64,000 nucleotides of DNA from Eledone cirrhosa. Lineage: Eukaryota. The DNA lies in contig OZ024742.1 of the NCBI GenBank assembly GCA_964016885.1, positions 269,700,001 to 269,764,000 on the forward strand, written 5' to 3'. The position numbers were made by a program, and so were the translations under genes. This document shows positions 34,990 through 50,677 of the stretch, in pieces; the first letter of the stretch is position 1; every line of letters begins with the position of its first letter. The notes under the pieces were generated by a model that was not told where the DNA came from, searched no databases, and saw only the letters and a list, made by a program, of their open reading frames with translations.

Positions 34990-35977
34990 ATAAGAAACGG
35001 AGAATCAGTGGTGCGACGAATTAAGAGTAAGAGCATCAAGTGCTCAAACGGCCTACCGCATACGGACGTTTTAAGCATCCCACACCAAATATATATATAC
35101 TAGCTGAGGTACCCAGCTTCGCCAAGATTACGGCAGAAGAGAAAGCGTCTGTATTGAATGCATTGTCTTGTTTACAGTGTGTGTGTGTGTGAGTGTTCGT
35201 GTGTGTGTGTGTATATATATATATATGTGTGTGGGTGTGTGTATATATATGAATGTGTGTGTGTGTCTGTATTCGTGTGCGTGTGCGTGTGTGTATGTTT
35301 GTGTGTGTAAATCACCGTTGGAATCGGAGACAGGCCGCGAAACACGATCATCACTGACAACGAACTCGCAGAGTGAATCCCTTATGGTTGATTCCCAACC
35401 TGCTAGAAATAGCAATCAGGTAGGTTAGCATACGTGTATGTTTTCCTTCTTCTTTGGTTTTATAAATTTAGTATCAATAAACATTCCTGGATATACTCTT
35501 ATCTCAATCCTGTACATAATTTCCGATTGTCACTTTTCGTATTTGTCGTGTGATGCGCGAAGGAACCAACCAACAAATATCTCTCTTTATATCTCTTTTA
35601 TTTGTTCATTTAAATATTTTTCATTTAATTATGTCGTACAATATACATCAACAATCATTATCTAATGTTTAAAACATGATTACTTGCGATATATGCACCA
35701 TATCAATGAAAAACAATATGAGAATTGAATACCATACTAAAGCGTCAGGAAGCTTCCTAAGAACCTTAAGATAGAACTGTTAATAAATACATTTGGCTTG
35801 GGTAAACTTTAAGATGTTCTTTCAGTGTAGGTTTCTTTCGCAGCCAGTACGTTAAAGAAAATTGTTAGTTACAACAATAAATGTTGAACAGGGAACACAT
35901 TTTTTAACAAATTTTACAATCATTTTTACAACCATAATGAAAATGCCAAGTAACAGAAAATACATAAATTACATTGC

Positions 35978-36180
35978 TAGAGCCTCAGATATACAATATT
36001 TTTTTTTGGCCCCCGAGAGCAAAGACAAAGAGTTTGTTTGGCGAGCTGACCATAGAGCATCCTACATACAATTGACCATGGTTTTCCTAGATGAAGGCCA
36101 GCCATTTTTAGGGTTTGACCGAGCTTTGTTGATGGTAATCGCGAAGCTTAGTCTCTCTGTTGCTCTAGTAACATTTTTTC
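35978..36180 (-). pseudogene. Helitron Pif1-helicase C-terminal remnant
   Basis: Frameshifted RLSFAITINKA...HGQLYVGCS..V...KNIVY. Confidence 0.75.
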
Positions 36181-36839
36181 TTCTGGAAAATCTGATCTTG
36201 CGGCCAGGCTAAGACATTTTGGGTGGCATCTCGGCTGTAACAATGACGATAAGCCGTCTGCGCTTTCGTGAAAAAAATACGTTTGTTTATATTTTGTTTT
36301 TGTGTAATTCAAAAATATCTGTACACGAATGTATAATCATATATATCGTTGTGGGTCGCAATTTTTTCTGTCACCTTACTGATATCTCTTTCTCTCTCCT
36401 CCTTCTCTCTCCCTTACCTCATGCTTTCTTCCAGTGCCGCTGCTGGTTACACACTCTCGGCTGGCTTCTACCTCACACTTTCACTCACACACTCTCTGCT
36501 ACTCCTCTTCTCTCACTTCCTCCCGTCTGACCTGCGTGAAATTCTTTACTCTATCACTTTTCGCGTGGCTCGGACGCGTCTGGTTCTTCTCGACATTTGA
36601 TTTGTCGGACTTAAGCCCACAAGATTCATTGACTTGTCTCTCTTTTCCTCTCTTTACTTAGCATTACTACCATGTTGTTTGTTACTTTCCTCTGTCCCGA
36701 TAACTTAATTTAGTTATCGCTCGCACTGATTTTAGGTATATAGTCTTTAATGCGAAGAAATACCAATGATAATCAGCAGACAACTGATGATGGACATTCC
36801 TGTTTCTCGGTCTATTTTCTTTTATATATATATTTATAT

Positions 36840-37032
36840 ATATAATACAATATGTAAAGAAGATAACACACCAGAGAGAGAGAGAGAGAGGTGTTTGACT
36901 GATGGCGCACCATCTCTCTCTCTGGTCTGTTATCTTCTCTACATATAATATTATAAAGGGCTCGGCATCCCTTCTCCTTTGAGCACATTAATGACAGGGA
37001 ATGGCGAGAGTCTATGGCTCCGTCAATTTATA

Positions 37033-37035
<3 letters not shown>
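36840..37035 (+). mobile_element. Short foldback plus tail
   Basis: Hairpin 36840-36955, ~80 nt tail, TA flanks. Confidence 0.6.
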
Positions 37036-37086
<51 letters not shown>

Positions 37087-37275
37087 TAATTGTTTCTACT
37101 TTAGGCACAAGGCCAACAATTACCCAGTGCATTACTGGTACTTTATTTTATCGACCCCGTAAGGATGAAAGGCAAAGTCAACCTCGGCGGGATTTGAACT
37201 CAGATCGTAAAGGGACGTAACTATGCTGGAAAGCATGGCGTCCGACCCTCTACCGATACTGCCAATCCACCGCCT
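37087..37275 (-). mobile_element. tRNA-derived SINE, near full length
   Basis: Minus ggcggtggattggcagtatcggtagag...gagttcaaatcccgcc with A and B boxes. Confidence 0.85.
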
Positions 37276-37835
37276 TATATATATTAAAATAATAGATTAA
37301 AGTTTAAGCAAAGAATCGTGATCTTCTGAAACTAAAACAATCAATCTGTGAATGCAGAAGTAAATATTTCGAAAAAGGTTGCAACCGAAAGAAAACAGGA
37401 AGATGATACTTTGGTTCGTGAAGACGTAGGGACGTTCTATAATCGGAAGTGTTGACATTTGAAAATTTGAAAGAAGTCAATATTTAAATAATGTCTTTAA
37501 TCTTTTTAACAAAATTCAGTAGATAAAAATACCCTCACTTCCTTACTTGGAAAAAGTTACATCTATGATGCAAATTTGGTGCCGCTTGGTCCAGCCGCTT
37601 GGCGGAAAGTTTGTTACTTACTTACGGTCGTCAGCTTTATAGTATATATATAGCCGTCGAAAAGGCTTGAGCTCTGCCGTCGCGGTCATACTTTTTCCTA
37701 TATGTATATATATATATACCTCCCTTGACCTGCTGCAAAATCAAAACAAGATATTTTTGCGAGCAATGAACCTTGATGTGGATTTAACCCCAAAAACTCT
37801 TTCCGAGCAATATAAGGAACACTTGTGATTATTTA

Positions 37836-37875
37836 TGCCCTTGAGAAGCCCAACTGGGCGAAACGTACGTAGGCA
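37836..37875 (+). ncRNA. Type I hammerhead with U3-A8 core in a solo pLTR-like segment (37720-38092)
   Basis: tgcc c TTGAGAA gccc aact gggc GAAA CGTACG TA ggca. Confidence 0.75.
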
Positions 37876-38088
37876 ATATTTTAAATAAACATGTTTTAAC
37901 GGTATATTCTCCGATTTTTTACTTTCCCACGTGCTTACGCTCTGCTAACTCTCTAGCCCACTAAATATTAACACTTCGAATATTTAATACTGCCGGCATT
38001 AGTATCGAGCACCTTTGGCATACGCTACTTGGCAAATAACTATATGTATCACCTATCCCCCCTTTGTTTCTCTTTCTCGATACGTAAA

Positions 38089-38131
<43 letters not shown>

Positions 38132-38149
38132 AACCACGTACACCCTGCT

Positions 38150-38382
38150 GCCGCCGGAAGTTATAGAAGTCGGATTCTTATAGATTTCCAGTAATAATCA
38201 GGGGATGATTATACAGAGCGATTGCCGGTCAAGCAAATTTTAGTAAGTGACATAGTCACTAATTTAAAACTGATAGTGTATGGTTTTCTAAATGTTTTTA
38301 ATTAAACATACGGTATATTGCCAAATATACTTTACATACATTCACGTATACATCACTATTTCAGAGAACCAATCCTAATTCC
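38150..38382. mobile_element. Head-to-head fragment of retrozyme family A'
   Basis: Minus piece to ~38240 then plus piece; homologous to 40830-41373 and 52601-52994. Confidence 0.6.
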
Positions 38383-38384
38383 TA

Positions 38385-39456
38385 AACAGTATCTGGAACG
38401 TTTCCTCCAAGCATAAAATGAACGGACGCCCTCCTCTCGGTTAACATTTTGCTTTGGAAAGTATGCTCCAACTTAGCTGATAGGTAATATTGTTGTCTTC
38501 AAGGTCCCAAATATGGCCAGAAAGTGCTGTCACCTGTGGCCTGGTGGGGTTTCTAAATGTATGCTGGTGTTGCTAATATCTGGCCTTAAATTCGCAGGAG
38601 GTTAATCTGATGTAGGCCTTGTTGGAGTTTTCCGTGGTCACGTTGCACTTGTAGACCAGGTTTTGTTCTATGCATCTATTGTTCAGATGGTACGATGATC
38701 TGTCCGGACAGTTACACCTCCTAATTTGCTCACAACAAAAATTGTTGTTGTTTGTTCTGTTACAGAGAAGTTATTTGATGTTAGATGAAGCAATGTCTTG
38801 TGCAAAGTTGGGTGTAGTGCTGTAGGAAAGTTTAACAGAGTTACTGTTCATAATATTGTGGTAGCAGTGTTAGGGTGGGAAGTGTTTATCGAGATATCTG
38901 AAGAGATCTTCCCAATTGGGGTGGCAACCTCGGCATTGTGGGGAGGGTTTAACCACATATCGTGGCGTGAGCGGCGGTGTCGCCTGTTGGATCCGCTTGA
39001 ACGACGTGGATAATATGAAACATCCTCCCGGAAGCCGCTTCTGTTGATGTCCTGGTGGTAATATGGCGCGTATTCTTTGAAGAACTGCTTTTTTGCGGAC
39101 AAGCGAGATATGAGGAGTGAGATATTTTTTACTAAGTTGTTGGTCATTTTCCTAGGATAGAACCAACACTATATCCACTGCGGTCGATATAGTGTAGGTG
39201 CTTATTAGGTTACCTATATGAGTAGGACAAATTATTTTCCAGGTTAAATGTAACATCCAGAAAATTGACGCGGGTAAGGGAAGTCTCTAGGGGGATTTTG
39301 AAATCTAAATCCAAGAAGAATTTAATGAGGTGTTTACGGACTTGGTCCTTGTTACCGGGGTTGCCCCCTGTGAGTGTAAGAAATCCGTGGTCTCGGCATA
39401 CACCACTGCCGATCGCAGGATACTTTTCAATGAGTTTATGGAATATGTATAGTCAG

Positions 39457-39457
<1 letters not shown>
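38385..39457 (-). pseudogene. Decayed PLE RT C-terminus plus GIY-YIG (Hydra-clade-like)
   Basis: FLDVTFNL, KNISLLISRLS, WLNPPHN, TVKLSYST, NLVYKCNV, FKARY traces in mixed frames. Confidence 0.75.
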
Positions 39458-39500
<43 letters not shown>

Positions 39501-39713
39501 TTAATAAGGAAAGACAAAGTTATGATGATAAAGTCCTTCATTGATAAGGCCGTGCTACATATTTCTAGGACGACATTGGTTACGCAATTCGGCGTAGAAG
39601 CCACTGTCATGTTCTCATCAGACAGCGTCTTACTTGATAAAGTAACAATCAAGGAGGTAATCCAAAATTAAAGTCACAAAAAAAGCGATGTCCATGAATC
39701 GAATGCCAGTTCG

Positions 39714-39844
<131 letters not shown>

Positions 39845-39956
39845 AGGATATTGAAATTATATTCCACGCTAGGAAGACAGTTCTTTGAAAATTCCACTTG
39901 GGTAAAGAGACCTCCAGACTCTCCTTTCGACGTGAGTATGGGTTCGACAGACTCAG

Positions 39957-41423
<1,467 letters not shown>

Positions 41424-41427
<4 letters not shown>

Positions 41428-41613
41428 TAAACGGAAAAGAAAATGCTGACAAATTGTTCCCAGTGAAAAATAGTTTAAATAGGAATAAGTAAAAATTAAT
41501 AATAAGTATTGGTTAGTATTCAGTTTTAGTTTTAAGTGTTCACCGGTTGCGCATTTCTAATGCTTTTCAAAAATAATTTTGAGTTAGAGCGCCTGTGATG
41601 TTTTTTTCTCTAA

Positions 41614-41618
<5 letters not shown>
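41424..41618 (-). mobile_element. pLTR-like fragment, same family as 985-1178
   Basis: Diverged reverse-complement match; TA flanks. Confidence 0.7.
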
Positions 41619-41650
<32 letters not shown>

Positions 41651-41653
<3 letters not shown>

Positions 41654-42290
41654 GAGCCGAACAAGTAAACATTAAACAATCTATATGCTTTACATAATAA
41701 TTGTTGTTCAATGGTACTAATTGGAGATACTAGAACTATAAAAATGAGCGGAACAAGTAAAGATTAAACAATCTTTCAAATACATGATAATACGATTTAA
41801 ATGTTCACGTGTTCTAATGCTGTTACCGACGGTTTCGCTTATCAAAAGATCGGAAATTCAGAGAATTTATAATGGAAAGAATCAGCTCTTCAGGCAGCTA
41901 TTTCCATTCTATAGGTCATAAAGCTTCACAGTTTGTAAATATATCGCGTCCTGTCCGATGTATGAGGTCAAGCCGTTAAAGTGACCCACACATAAACAGG
42001 CCGTTAGTAAAACCGCAAATATTATAAACTCGACTATTATCATGCTACTAAAAGAATATCATCACGATATAACATTTTGTTCTGTACATAGAAGGAGAAT
42101 ACATATAAGATGATATACATATTCAAACAGGTACTAAGTACCTACGGAAATAGATGTGGTGTCTATATAATTGTTGTTCAATGGTGCTAATTTGAGATAC
42201 CAGAACTATATAAATGAGCGGGACAAGTAAACCTTAAACAATCTTTTAAATAAATTAAAATACGACTTAAATATTCACCTGTTCTAATGC
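41651..42290 (-). mobile_element. Retrozyme-like element, 470 bp unit (family C relative)
   Basis: aatgagcgg at 41743 and 42213; minus HHR CTGAAGA gct...agc GAAA CCGTCGG TA acagc at ~41819-41898; similar to 26875-27440. Confidence 0.65.
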
Positions 42291-42301
42291 TATTTTATAT
42301 C

Positions 42302-42365
<64 letters not shown>

Positions 42366-42430
42366 TATATAGATATATATACATATATATCCATATATAT
42401 ATCCATATATATATATACATATATATACAT

Positions 42431-42542
<112 letters not shown>

Positions 42543-43910
42543 GTATTAGTGTGTGTGCATCTGTGTGTGTGGCTGTGAGTGTTATTGTGTATGTGTGCCT
42601 CTTGAAAGAAAGATGATAAAATGTGTAGTTATCTCAGGTAGTTTTACGAAAGAAAAGGATTATAGCTTATATGAACTGGTAAGAGTAATTTAATCATGAA
42701 GTTATTTTCCCATATGGTGGATATACTGTTTTTATTTGAAGAGCCTTATCGATTATCTCATTTGATTCTTAAGATGTGCATGGGTCCTTTATTAGAGCTA
42801 TCAATTTACATGCGATGGTTGTGTATAAGGAACATTTAATAAGGAAATGTACCCATATCATGTTGTACACGTGGATATAAAGGCAGCAGCAGATTTTTCC
42901 TCTTTGTTTGTTTTTTTCATATTTCTCGAAAATGTATAAATATATATTAACGTGCATTCGAGTCGTGATAAATAAGCATGAGAGTCGTGATAAAAATAAT
43001 TCTGTATTTCACCTCAATATTTTAAATCAAAATCACAAAATTCTAATTATATTTTAGGGGAATGTTGATGCATGGGGAATGTTGGGAAATGTTGATCCCA
43101 GTCAAATAGAAAGATTGTATATGCACTGGCAATCACTTATTAGATGAAAATATGAAATGCCTACGGATCTGATTCTGGGGAGGAGAAATTTTTAGGAACT
43201 TACATCACAAGTTTCATAAAAATGTTGAGCCTGATGATGACACATTTTACTACATTAGTGTTTCATTTCTTTCATAACATATTTGTATTTAACAAATCTA
43301 TTAAAAAACCGATATATACAATTCGGAATCTATAGTCTACAATTCCAATACATATCATTGCTTTTCAATTTGTATTTGAAGGAATTGTTGATTTTGCTGC
43401 AAAATTTTACAACGAAATGTAGAAAAGCATCGTATTGAATAAATTAAATATTCCAGTAATTCGAATCGGTCCATTCACACACACACACACACACATACAC
43501 ACACACAGACATACACATACGCACACACTCACACACAGACACACGCACACACACACAGGCATACAAACACACAAACACACAGACACACGCACAGTCACAC
43601 ACACACACACATATATATATGTTGTGTAACGAGAGAGACTCCAAGTCTTCATTGATACTTCACTCCGGGAGATGGTCGCTCTGATATATAGCCTAAAACA
43701 TCATTTGCATCCAATTATGTAGACCAGTTCTTTTGGGGTTAATATATTCGATGATCAGTGAGTGGGATTGGCCCTGTGCATGATTTTAAATTTTCCTCAC
43801 TATAGGTAAGTCCCCAGCAGGACTAATCAGCCACACCCGTGATGTTAATGCTTAAGTATCAAATCACGGCATTACTCGAAATCAAGTTACAGCCATCATA
43901 ACTGATCAGG

Positions 43911-45604
43911 TTAAAATACTCCATCTCTGATATCCTACACTAACAAACAAACACGCACAACACACAACCTCACTAAATCTCAACTCAACACTCTCTCCAA
44001 CCTGAAATCGAAGAACCTCATCTACCTCCGCTCCCACAAGGGAAAATAATCACCACAGAGGCCTATAACATCCTGGCCCTCCAACACCTTGACGATGACA
44101 ACCTCTACTCCAAAGTCACAGGAATTACTCCCACGCAGATCGAAGAGTACATCAACGATGCCTGGACCAACATCTGTGATCGGAGACGCTCAGATACAAC
44201 CTCCTCACGAGGAACAGCAGACTACCCGCCTTCTACCACCTTGTGGAAACACACAAACAGGGACCCAACCTGAAGATCAGCCCCATCGTATCGAGCGTCG
44301 AACGACTGCTCTACAAAATATCATGGCTCCTACCCAGAATACTCAAACCCTAACATATATGCTCCTACCCAGAATACTCAAACCCTAACATATATGCCTT
44401 CAGCATTGCTGTGGTCGCTCTATACACCTCGGTCCCGGTGCTCCCGGCCGTTGATATACTGTTGGAATGCGTCCAATCTACCGACCTACACTGCTTCGGG
44501 CTCACTGCCACTGACATCCACCAACTCCTATCCGTCGTCGTTGACAACACATACTTCGGTTTTCTCGACCAAACATACCGGCAGACCACTGGCCTGCCCA
44601 TGGGATCAAGCCTGCCGGGCGTGCTAGCGATCTCATACATGGACAAGGCACTCAACACCTGCCACTCCAACGCCGTCGCCATTTTTCTCAAGGTACGTGG
44701 ATCACATCCTCATCCTCAAAACTTCCCGGTAGATGGCGAACGGAATTCTTGAGACGTTCAACAACACGGACGAGAACATTGATTTCAGTGTTGAACACAC
44801 CAGCGACGACAGGTCACTTGCCCTCCTCGACTTCCGAACAAACATCACGGAGCAGGAAGGGATCCACACCAACTTCTACTGGAAGGCAGCCTGCAGAGAC
44901 TTGTTCGTCCACTACAAGTCTGCCCTCCCTAAAGGCGCTAAAAGAGGGTACATCACGAACGAGATCACGCGAATTAAAAACAGGTGCAGTATTCCTGTGA
45001 GAGGGGTCACTTACACCAAGCGATTCCTCAAAGTGTTGGAGACGAACGGGTACCCTGCCACGCTCACAAACAGAGTAAGAGACACCAGACGCAAGAGGCT
45101 GAGAAACACTCAAGGCAAGTGGTTCCTTAAAATACCACACCTGGGCGAGAATACTACCAACATTATCCCCAGGGTTATACGGAGAGAGGGACTCAACATC
45201 CACCTGGCCTACTTGGACCCTCCCTGCGGCGATGCCTCTCCAGGTAACCCGTGAAATCGACTGACGCGTGTTCCCTCGTGAACTGTCAGAGACGCCATAC
45301 GAACTGTTGCTTACGCACATACGTCGTATAAAGGGTGGAATGTGACAAATACAACGACTACTATATCGGTAGCACAATCCGGCCGCTACATATCCGGATC
45401 AAGGAGTACATCAACACCAGGGCCTCGTCTTTCCGGAAACACATCACCAAATGTGGAAACAAAGACGGAAGGCCCATTGTCACAGTGTTAGCGACAGAAC
45501 TCAACGTCGGCACGCTGCGAATCAAGGAAGCACTTTGGATAAAACGCCTATGGCCACAAATAAATAACCTATCCGAGAGAAGTGAGATGAGGTGGTTGAT
45601 GTAA
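43911..45604 (+). pseudogene. PLE RT plus GIY-YIG, truncated upstream copy
   Basis: VALYTSVP, GLPMGSSL, RYVDH, YYIGSTIRPLHIRIKE, LRIKEALWIK. Confidence 0.88.
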
Positions 45605-46295
45605 ACTAACGAGGCACCAACACACGCACACACTCACACACAGTGACATTAGAACGGTTGTTTTTGTGTGTGAAGCACCGCCACCATCCACCGACCTAAA
45701 AAAAAGAGACCCGGCAGAATACTACTACCAGACGACTATACGACACTGCCAGTACCAAAAAGCCAAAACAGATAAATAGTACGATGGACAGAAAGCTAAC
45801 GCCATCCCACTCCCACAATTAAAAGAACTACTTCGACCTCTGCTTGACCACACGGCTTCCGCGCGTACGCACACTCTGCAGAATATCTCAATTATTCACG
45901 AAGAGTGAACAGCAGAGGACACGTTCCATTCCTCTCCGACAGATAACCCCCCCCCCCCCCCCGCAGAAAAAAACCCAATTTGATGGATGCGAATCCGAAA
46001 TATAGGGACAATTAAATCTCTCCCAAGGTAACTCTATCTCCTGTTACTATTTTTAGTTTTTACGCTCTTTCCTACGTTCCTCTACACACTATACATCTCA
46101 TTCTAGATTCCCTTAAATCTCGAGTTATTTTTATTTTTACGCTCTTTCCTACGTTCCTCTACACACTATACATCTCATTCTACATTCCCTTACATCTCTC
46201 TCTTCACCACCGGATCCTGTTACTCGGAGAATTACCCATCTGCATTGTTGAGGCTTCCAAAACGACCAAAAGATAATAAATCTTATTATTTCACA

Positions 46296-48915
46296 ATGCT
46301 TCAAGCAAACATCAATACTCTCTTATCCTTACACCTGAGCCATGAATTGTTTGCATCCATAAGGGAACTCTTTAGACTGTCGGAGAAATGGGCCAGTGTT
46401 GGCTGTCAAATTATTTTCCTGAAACGCTGCCTAAAAAACGATGTCATTCCCACCACCATCAGAAATATTCGCCTACCAGGATGCCTACGTACACCGGCTT
46501 TTCAAAACACTGCTAGCCACATACACCACTCGTGTATCAAACAGATCCTACGACATTTCAACCGCGAATTACACATCCATAAGCGGACACTCTCAGAGCG
46601 GAAACATCCACTAACAATAACACCCGGCGACTTGCTCCTTAAAATCACAAAAGCAATCAACCAGTGCTACCACTCCAGAGTCCAACACGAAAAGAAACGG
46701 CTCATACGGAAATATAAGTGGATCTTACTTAAACTCCGCAACGAGAACACCGACACTAACAAACAGACAGACCAGAACCATGTGACAAACAGTAACGTAA
46801 CAACCGCCGCCGCCACATCCACCAACACCGAGCCACACCTCAACGATGCAACGTACCTGGTCACCGACCTAACCGGAACCCTCACGAACGATGAGCTCGA
46901 ACTCCTACGACTCGGACCCAAGTTCATCGTCTCACAACGACTCGACGATAGACTCAAACTCGACATCGAAGTCAACTTCTATCGAGCCGCCTACCAACTT
47001 AAATGTGTGACCGCCATCAACAGCACCACGGAAAATAACAGCGCCCACACAACCCGCCCCAAGTTCCCCATCTACCACCTCGACAACCCACTCCACACCC
47101 CACTCATCAACCACGAACTCGAAACTAAACTCAACAGATTAAAACACTCCATCTCTGATATACTACACAAACACACACACCGCACAACACACAACCTCAC
47201 TAAATCTCAACTCACCACTCTCTCCAACCTGAAATCGAAGAACCTCATCTACCTCCCCTGCGACAAGGGAAAGACATTCTGCGTTATCAGCAGAGAGGCC
47301 TACAACACACTGGCGCTCCAACACCTTGGCGATGACAACCTCTACTCCAAAGTCACAGGAATCACTCCCGCGGAGATCAAGGAGATCATCAACACCACCT
47401 GGACCAACATCTGCGACCGGCGGAAGCTCCCGAAGAAGCTCAGTACAACCTCCCCACGAGGAACAGCAGACTACCCACCTTCTACCACCTTGTGAAAACA
47501 GACAAACATGACCCGACCTGAAGATCAGCCCCATCCTATCGATCATGGAAGGAACGTTCTACAAAATAGCATGGCACCTAGGCAGAATACTCAAACCTAT
47601 ACTAGACATCTTGCCGGGCCACGTAAATAGCTCCGAGGAGTGGTTGGACCACCTGCATCAAATGGATATCGACACCAGAAAGCCTAACATATATACCTTC
47701 AGCCTTGATGTGGTCGCTCTTTACACCTCGGTTCCAGCGCTCCCGGCCGTTGATATACTAATGGAACGCGTCCAATCTACCGACCTACACTTCTTCGCGC
47801 TCACCACCACTGACATCCACCAACTCCTATCTGTCGTCGTTGACAACACATACTTCGGTTTTCTCGACAGTACATACCGCAGACCTCGGGGCTACCCATG
47901 CGCACAAGCCTGTCGGGTGTGCTAGCGATCTCATACATGGACAGCCTCGAGCGCAAGGCACTCAACACCTGCCAACCCAACGCCGTCGCCATTTTTCTCA
48001 AGGTACGAGGATGACATCCTCATCCTCACATCTTTTCAGGAGATGGCGAACGGAATTTTTGAGACGTTCGACAACACGGACGAGGACATTAATTTCAGTG
48101 TTGAACATCCCAGCGACGACGGGTCACTGGCCCTCCGCGACTTCAGAATCAACATCACGGTGCAGGAAAGGATCCACTCGAACTTCTACCGCAAGGCAGC
48201 CTGCAGGGACTTGTTTGTGCACTACAAGTCTGTCCTCCCTAACAGCGCTAAAAAAGGGTACATCACCAACGAGATCACGCGAATTAAAAACAGATGCAGC
48301 GATCCCCTTAGTGGTGTCACCTACACCAAGCGATTCCTCAAAGTAATGGAGACGAACGGGTACCCTGCCTCGCTCACAAACAGAGTAGCAGACACCAGAC
48401 GCAAGAGGCTGAGAAACAGCCAATGCAAGTGCTTCCTTAAAATACCACACCTGGGCGAGAATACCACCAACGCTATCTCCAGGACTATACGCAGAGAGGG
48501 CCTCAACATCCACCTGGCCCACCCGGGCCCCTCCCTGCGGAGATGCCGCTCCAGGAAACCCGGGCAATCGACTGAAGCGTGTTCCTTCGTAAACTGTCCG
48601 ATGCGCCATACGAAATGTTGCTTAAACACCTATGTGGTATACAGGGTGGAATGTGACAGGGGCAACGACTACTATATCGGTAGAACAATCCGGGCGCTAC
48701 GTATCCGGATCAAGGAGCGCATCAACACCAGGGCCTCGTCTTTCCGGAAACACATCATCAAAGGCGGAAACATAGACGGAAGGCCCATTTTCACAGTGCT
48801 AGCGACAGAACTCAACGTCGGCACGCTACGAATCAAGGAAACACTTTGGATCAAACGCCTAGGACCACAAACAAATAACGGATCCGAGAGAAGCGAGATG
48901 AGGAGGTTGGTGTAA
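46296..48915 (+). pseudogene. PLE full-length ORF (RT plus GIY-YIG), frameshifted
   Basis: FLKRCLKNDVIP, LLRLGPKF, CDKG, FSLDVVALYTSVP, RYEDDIL, VVYRVEC...YYIGRT. Confidence 0.9.
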
Positions 48916-49550
48916 ACTAACGCGGTACCAACACACGCACACACTCACACACAGTGACATTAGAACGGTTGTTTTTGTGTGTGTAACACCGCCACCATCC
49001 TCCGACCTAAAAAAAAGAGACCGGCAGAATACTACTACCAGACGACTATACTACACTGCCAGTACCGAAAAGCCAACATAGATAAATAGTACAATTGACT
49101 GACAGCTAACGCCATCCCATTCCCACAATTAAAATAATTATTTCGACCTCTGCTTGACCACACCGATTCCGCGCGCACCCGCGCTCTGCAGATTACCTCA
49201 ATTAGTCATTAAGAGCGAACAGCAGATGACACGTTCCATTCTTCTCCGACAGATAATCTTCACCCCGGAAAACTCCCAGTTGATGGATGCGAATCCGAAA
49301 TATACGGACAATTAAATCTTTCCCAACGTAACTCTATCTAGTGTTATTATTTTTAGTTTTTACGATCTTTCCTACGTTCCTCTACACACTATACATCTCA
49401 TTCTACATTCCCTTACATCTCTCACTTCACCACTGGATCCTGTTATCAGGAGAATTACCCATCTGCATTGTTGAGGCTTACAAAACGACCAAAAGATGAT
49501 AAATCTTATTATTCCACAAAGCTTCAAGCAAAATTCAATACTCTCTTATA

Positions 49551-49587
<37 letters not shown>

Positions 49588-49589
49588 GA

Positions 49590-50168
49590 TTAAACGAAAT
49601 TTCATTTCTCACTCTTAGTACGGCTGATACCTAAATATAAGCATGTATACGTACATACATATATGTGTACAGGCGCACAGTAGTATGTATATATATGTAT
49701 ACATACATGCACACATATATATATATGTACGTATGGGTTTACCGAACATTTATTATAATGCTCGGATTGTTTGTAAACAAACAGCCCGAAGTATGCCGTA
49801 CAGTGCTCGGCAACCATCGTCACCCCTTTGTTCAACTCTGACACAGGAACGATTTACTAGTTTCAAGCTTATTAGCTATCGTCAGCATCGTATACCTTCC
49901 TGTCAGATGATTGAACGTCTGTAAGTATATTAACGGCTGAGCAGACTAATTTGCATATCGAGTGAGTTAATGGGCCGGGCATACCGAAAACGATAAGTGA
50001 AAAAGAATGAAACGAAATTTCATTTCTCACTCTTAGTACGGCTGATACCTAATATAAGTATGTATATGTACATACACATATGTGTACAGACGCAGAGTAG
50101 TATGTATATATATATATATATACATATTTGCACACACACATATATATATATACGTATGTATATACATA

Positions 50169-50171
<3 letters not shown>
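49590..50171 (-). mobile_element. Retrozyme family B' (418 bp unit), 1.3 copies with a tiny inverted arm
   Basis: Intact minus core CTGACGA tagct aata agctt GAAA CTAG TA at ~49849-49891; inverted stub ends catactta as in other family B arrays. Confidence 0.78.
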
Positions 50172-50231
<60 letters not shown>

Positions 50232-50234
<3 letters not shown>

Positions 50235-50631
50235 CAAAGAGATATTTAATTTGTTGGTTATTCAACACATTAATTCATAACAGGTTCGAATCACTCTACA
50301 ATTTTCTGGTGTATAATATCAATTGTATTAATAAATGGAAACTATATTTATAAAATCATATTTATTTTAATATATATATTTGGTACGCGCCCATCAGATC
50401 AAATAAAAAAAATGTTTTATAAATGTTGACATAGCCAAGAAACCAGACCTTATCAGTTCAGGTTCAGTTTGGATAGAGAAACTGAAGGTCTTGTTTCTTG
50501 GGTATCTCAACATTTATAAAACAAATGTTGTATTTCATCTAATGGAGCGTACCAAAACGTTGGTACCGTTGAAATATATATAATAAAATAAATATGATTT
50601 TATAAATATATTTTCTCTTTATTAATATCAT

Positions 50632-50634
<3 letters not shown>
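50232..50634 (-). mobile_element. Diverged foldback pLTR related to the pLTR at 13640-13743
   Basis: Inverted arms around ~50470; shared gaaatatatataat..aaatatg.ttttataaatata. Confidence 0.6.

Positions 50635-50673
<39 letters not shown>

Positions 50674-50677
<4 letters not shown>

Larger units (their letters stand above)
35100..37653 (-). mobile_element. Non-autonomous Helitron with nested insertions
   Basis: Minus 3' end hairpin cttggc gaa gctggg followed by CTAG|T at 35100; 5' end ctatatatatactataa ~37653; helicase remnant inside. Confidence 0.75.
43911..49549 (+). mobile_element. Penelope/Poseidon-type PLE, partial tandem
   Basis: 5'-truncated copy, pLTR 45604-46330, full ORF, pLTR 48916-49549 whose tail repeats the ORF start and ends at (TA)n. 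Confidence 0.9.

Noticed and set aside
43228-43260. Isolated CTGATGA
   Set aside because: No stem II or GAAA partner found
44814-48944. Antisense ORFs over the PLE
   Set aside because: Shadow frames of GC-richer PLE coding sequence
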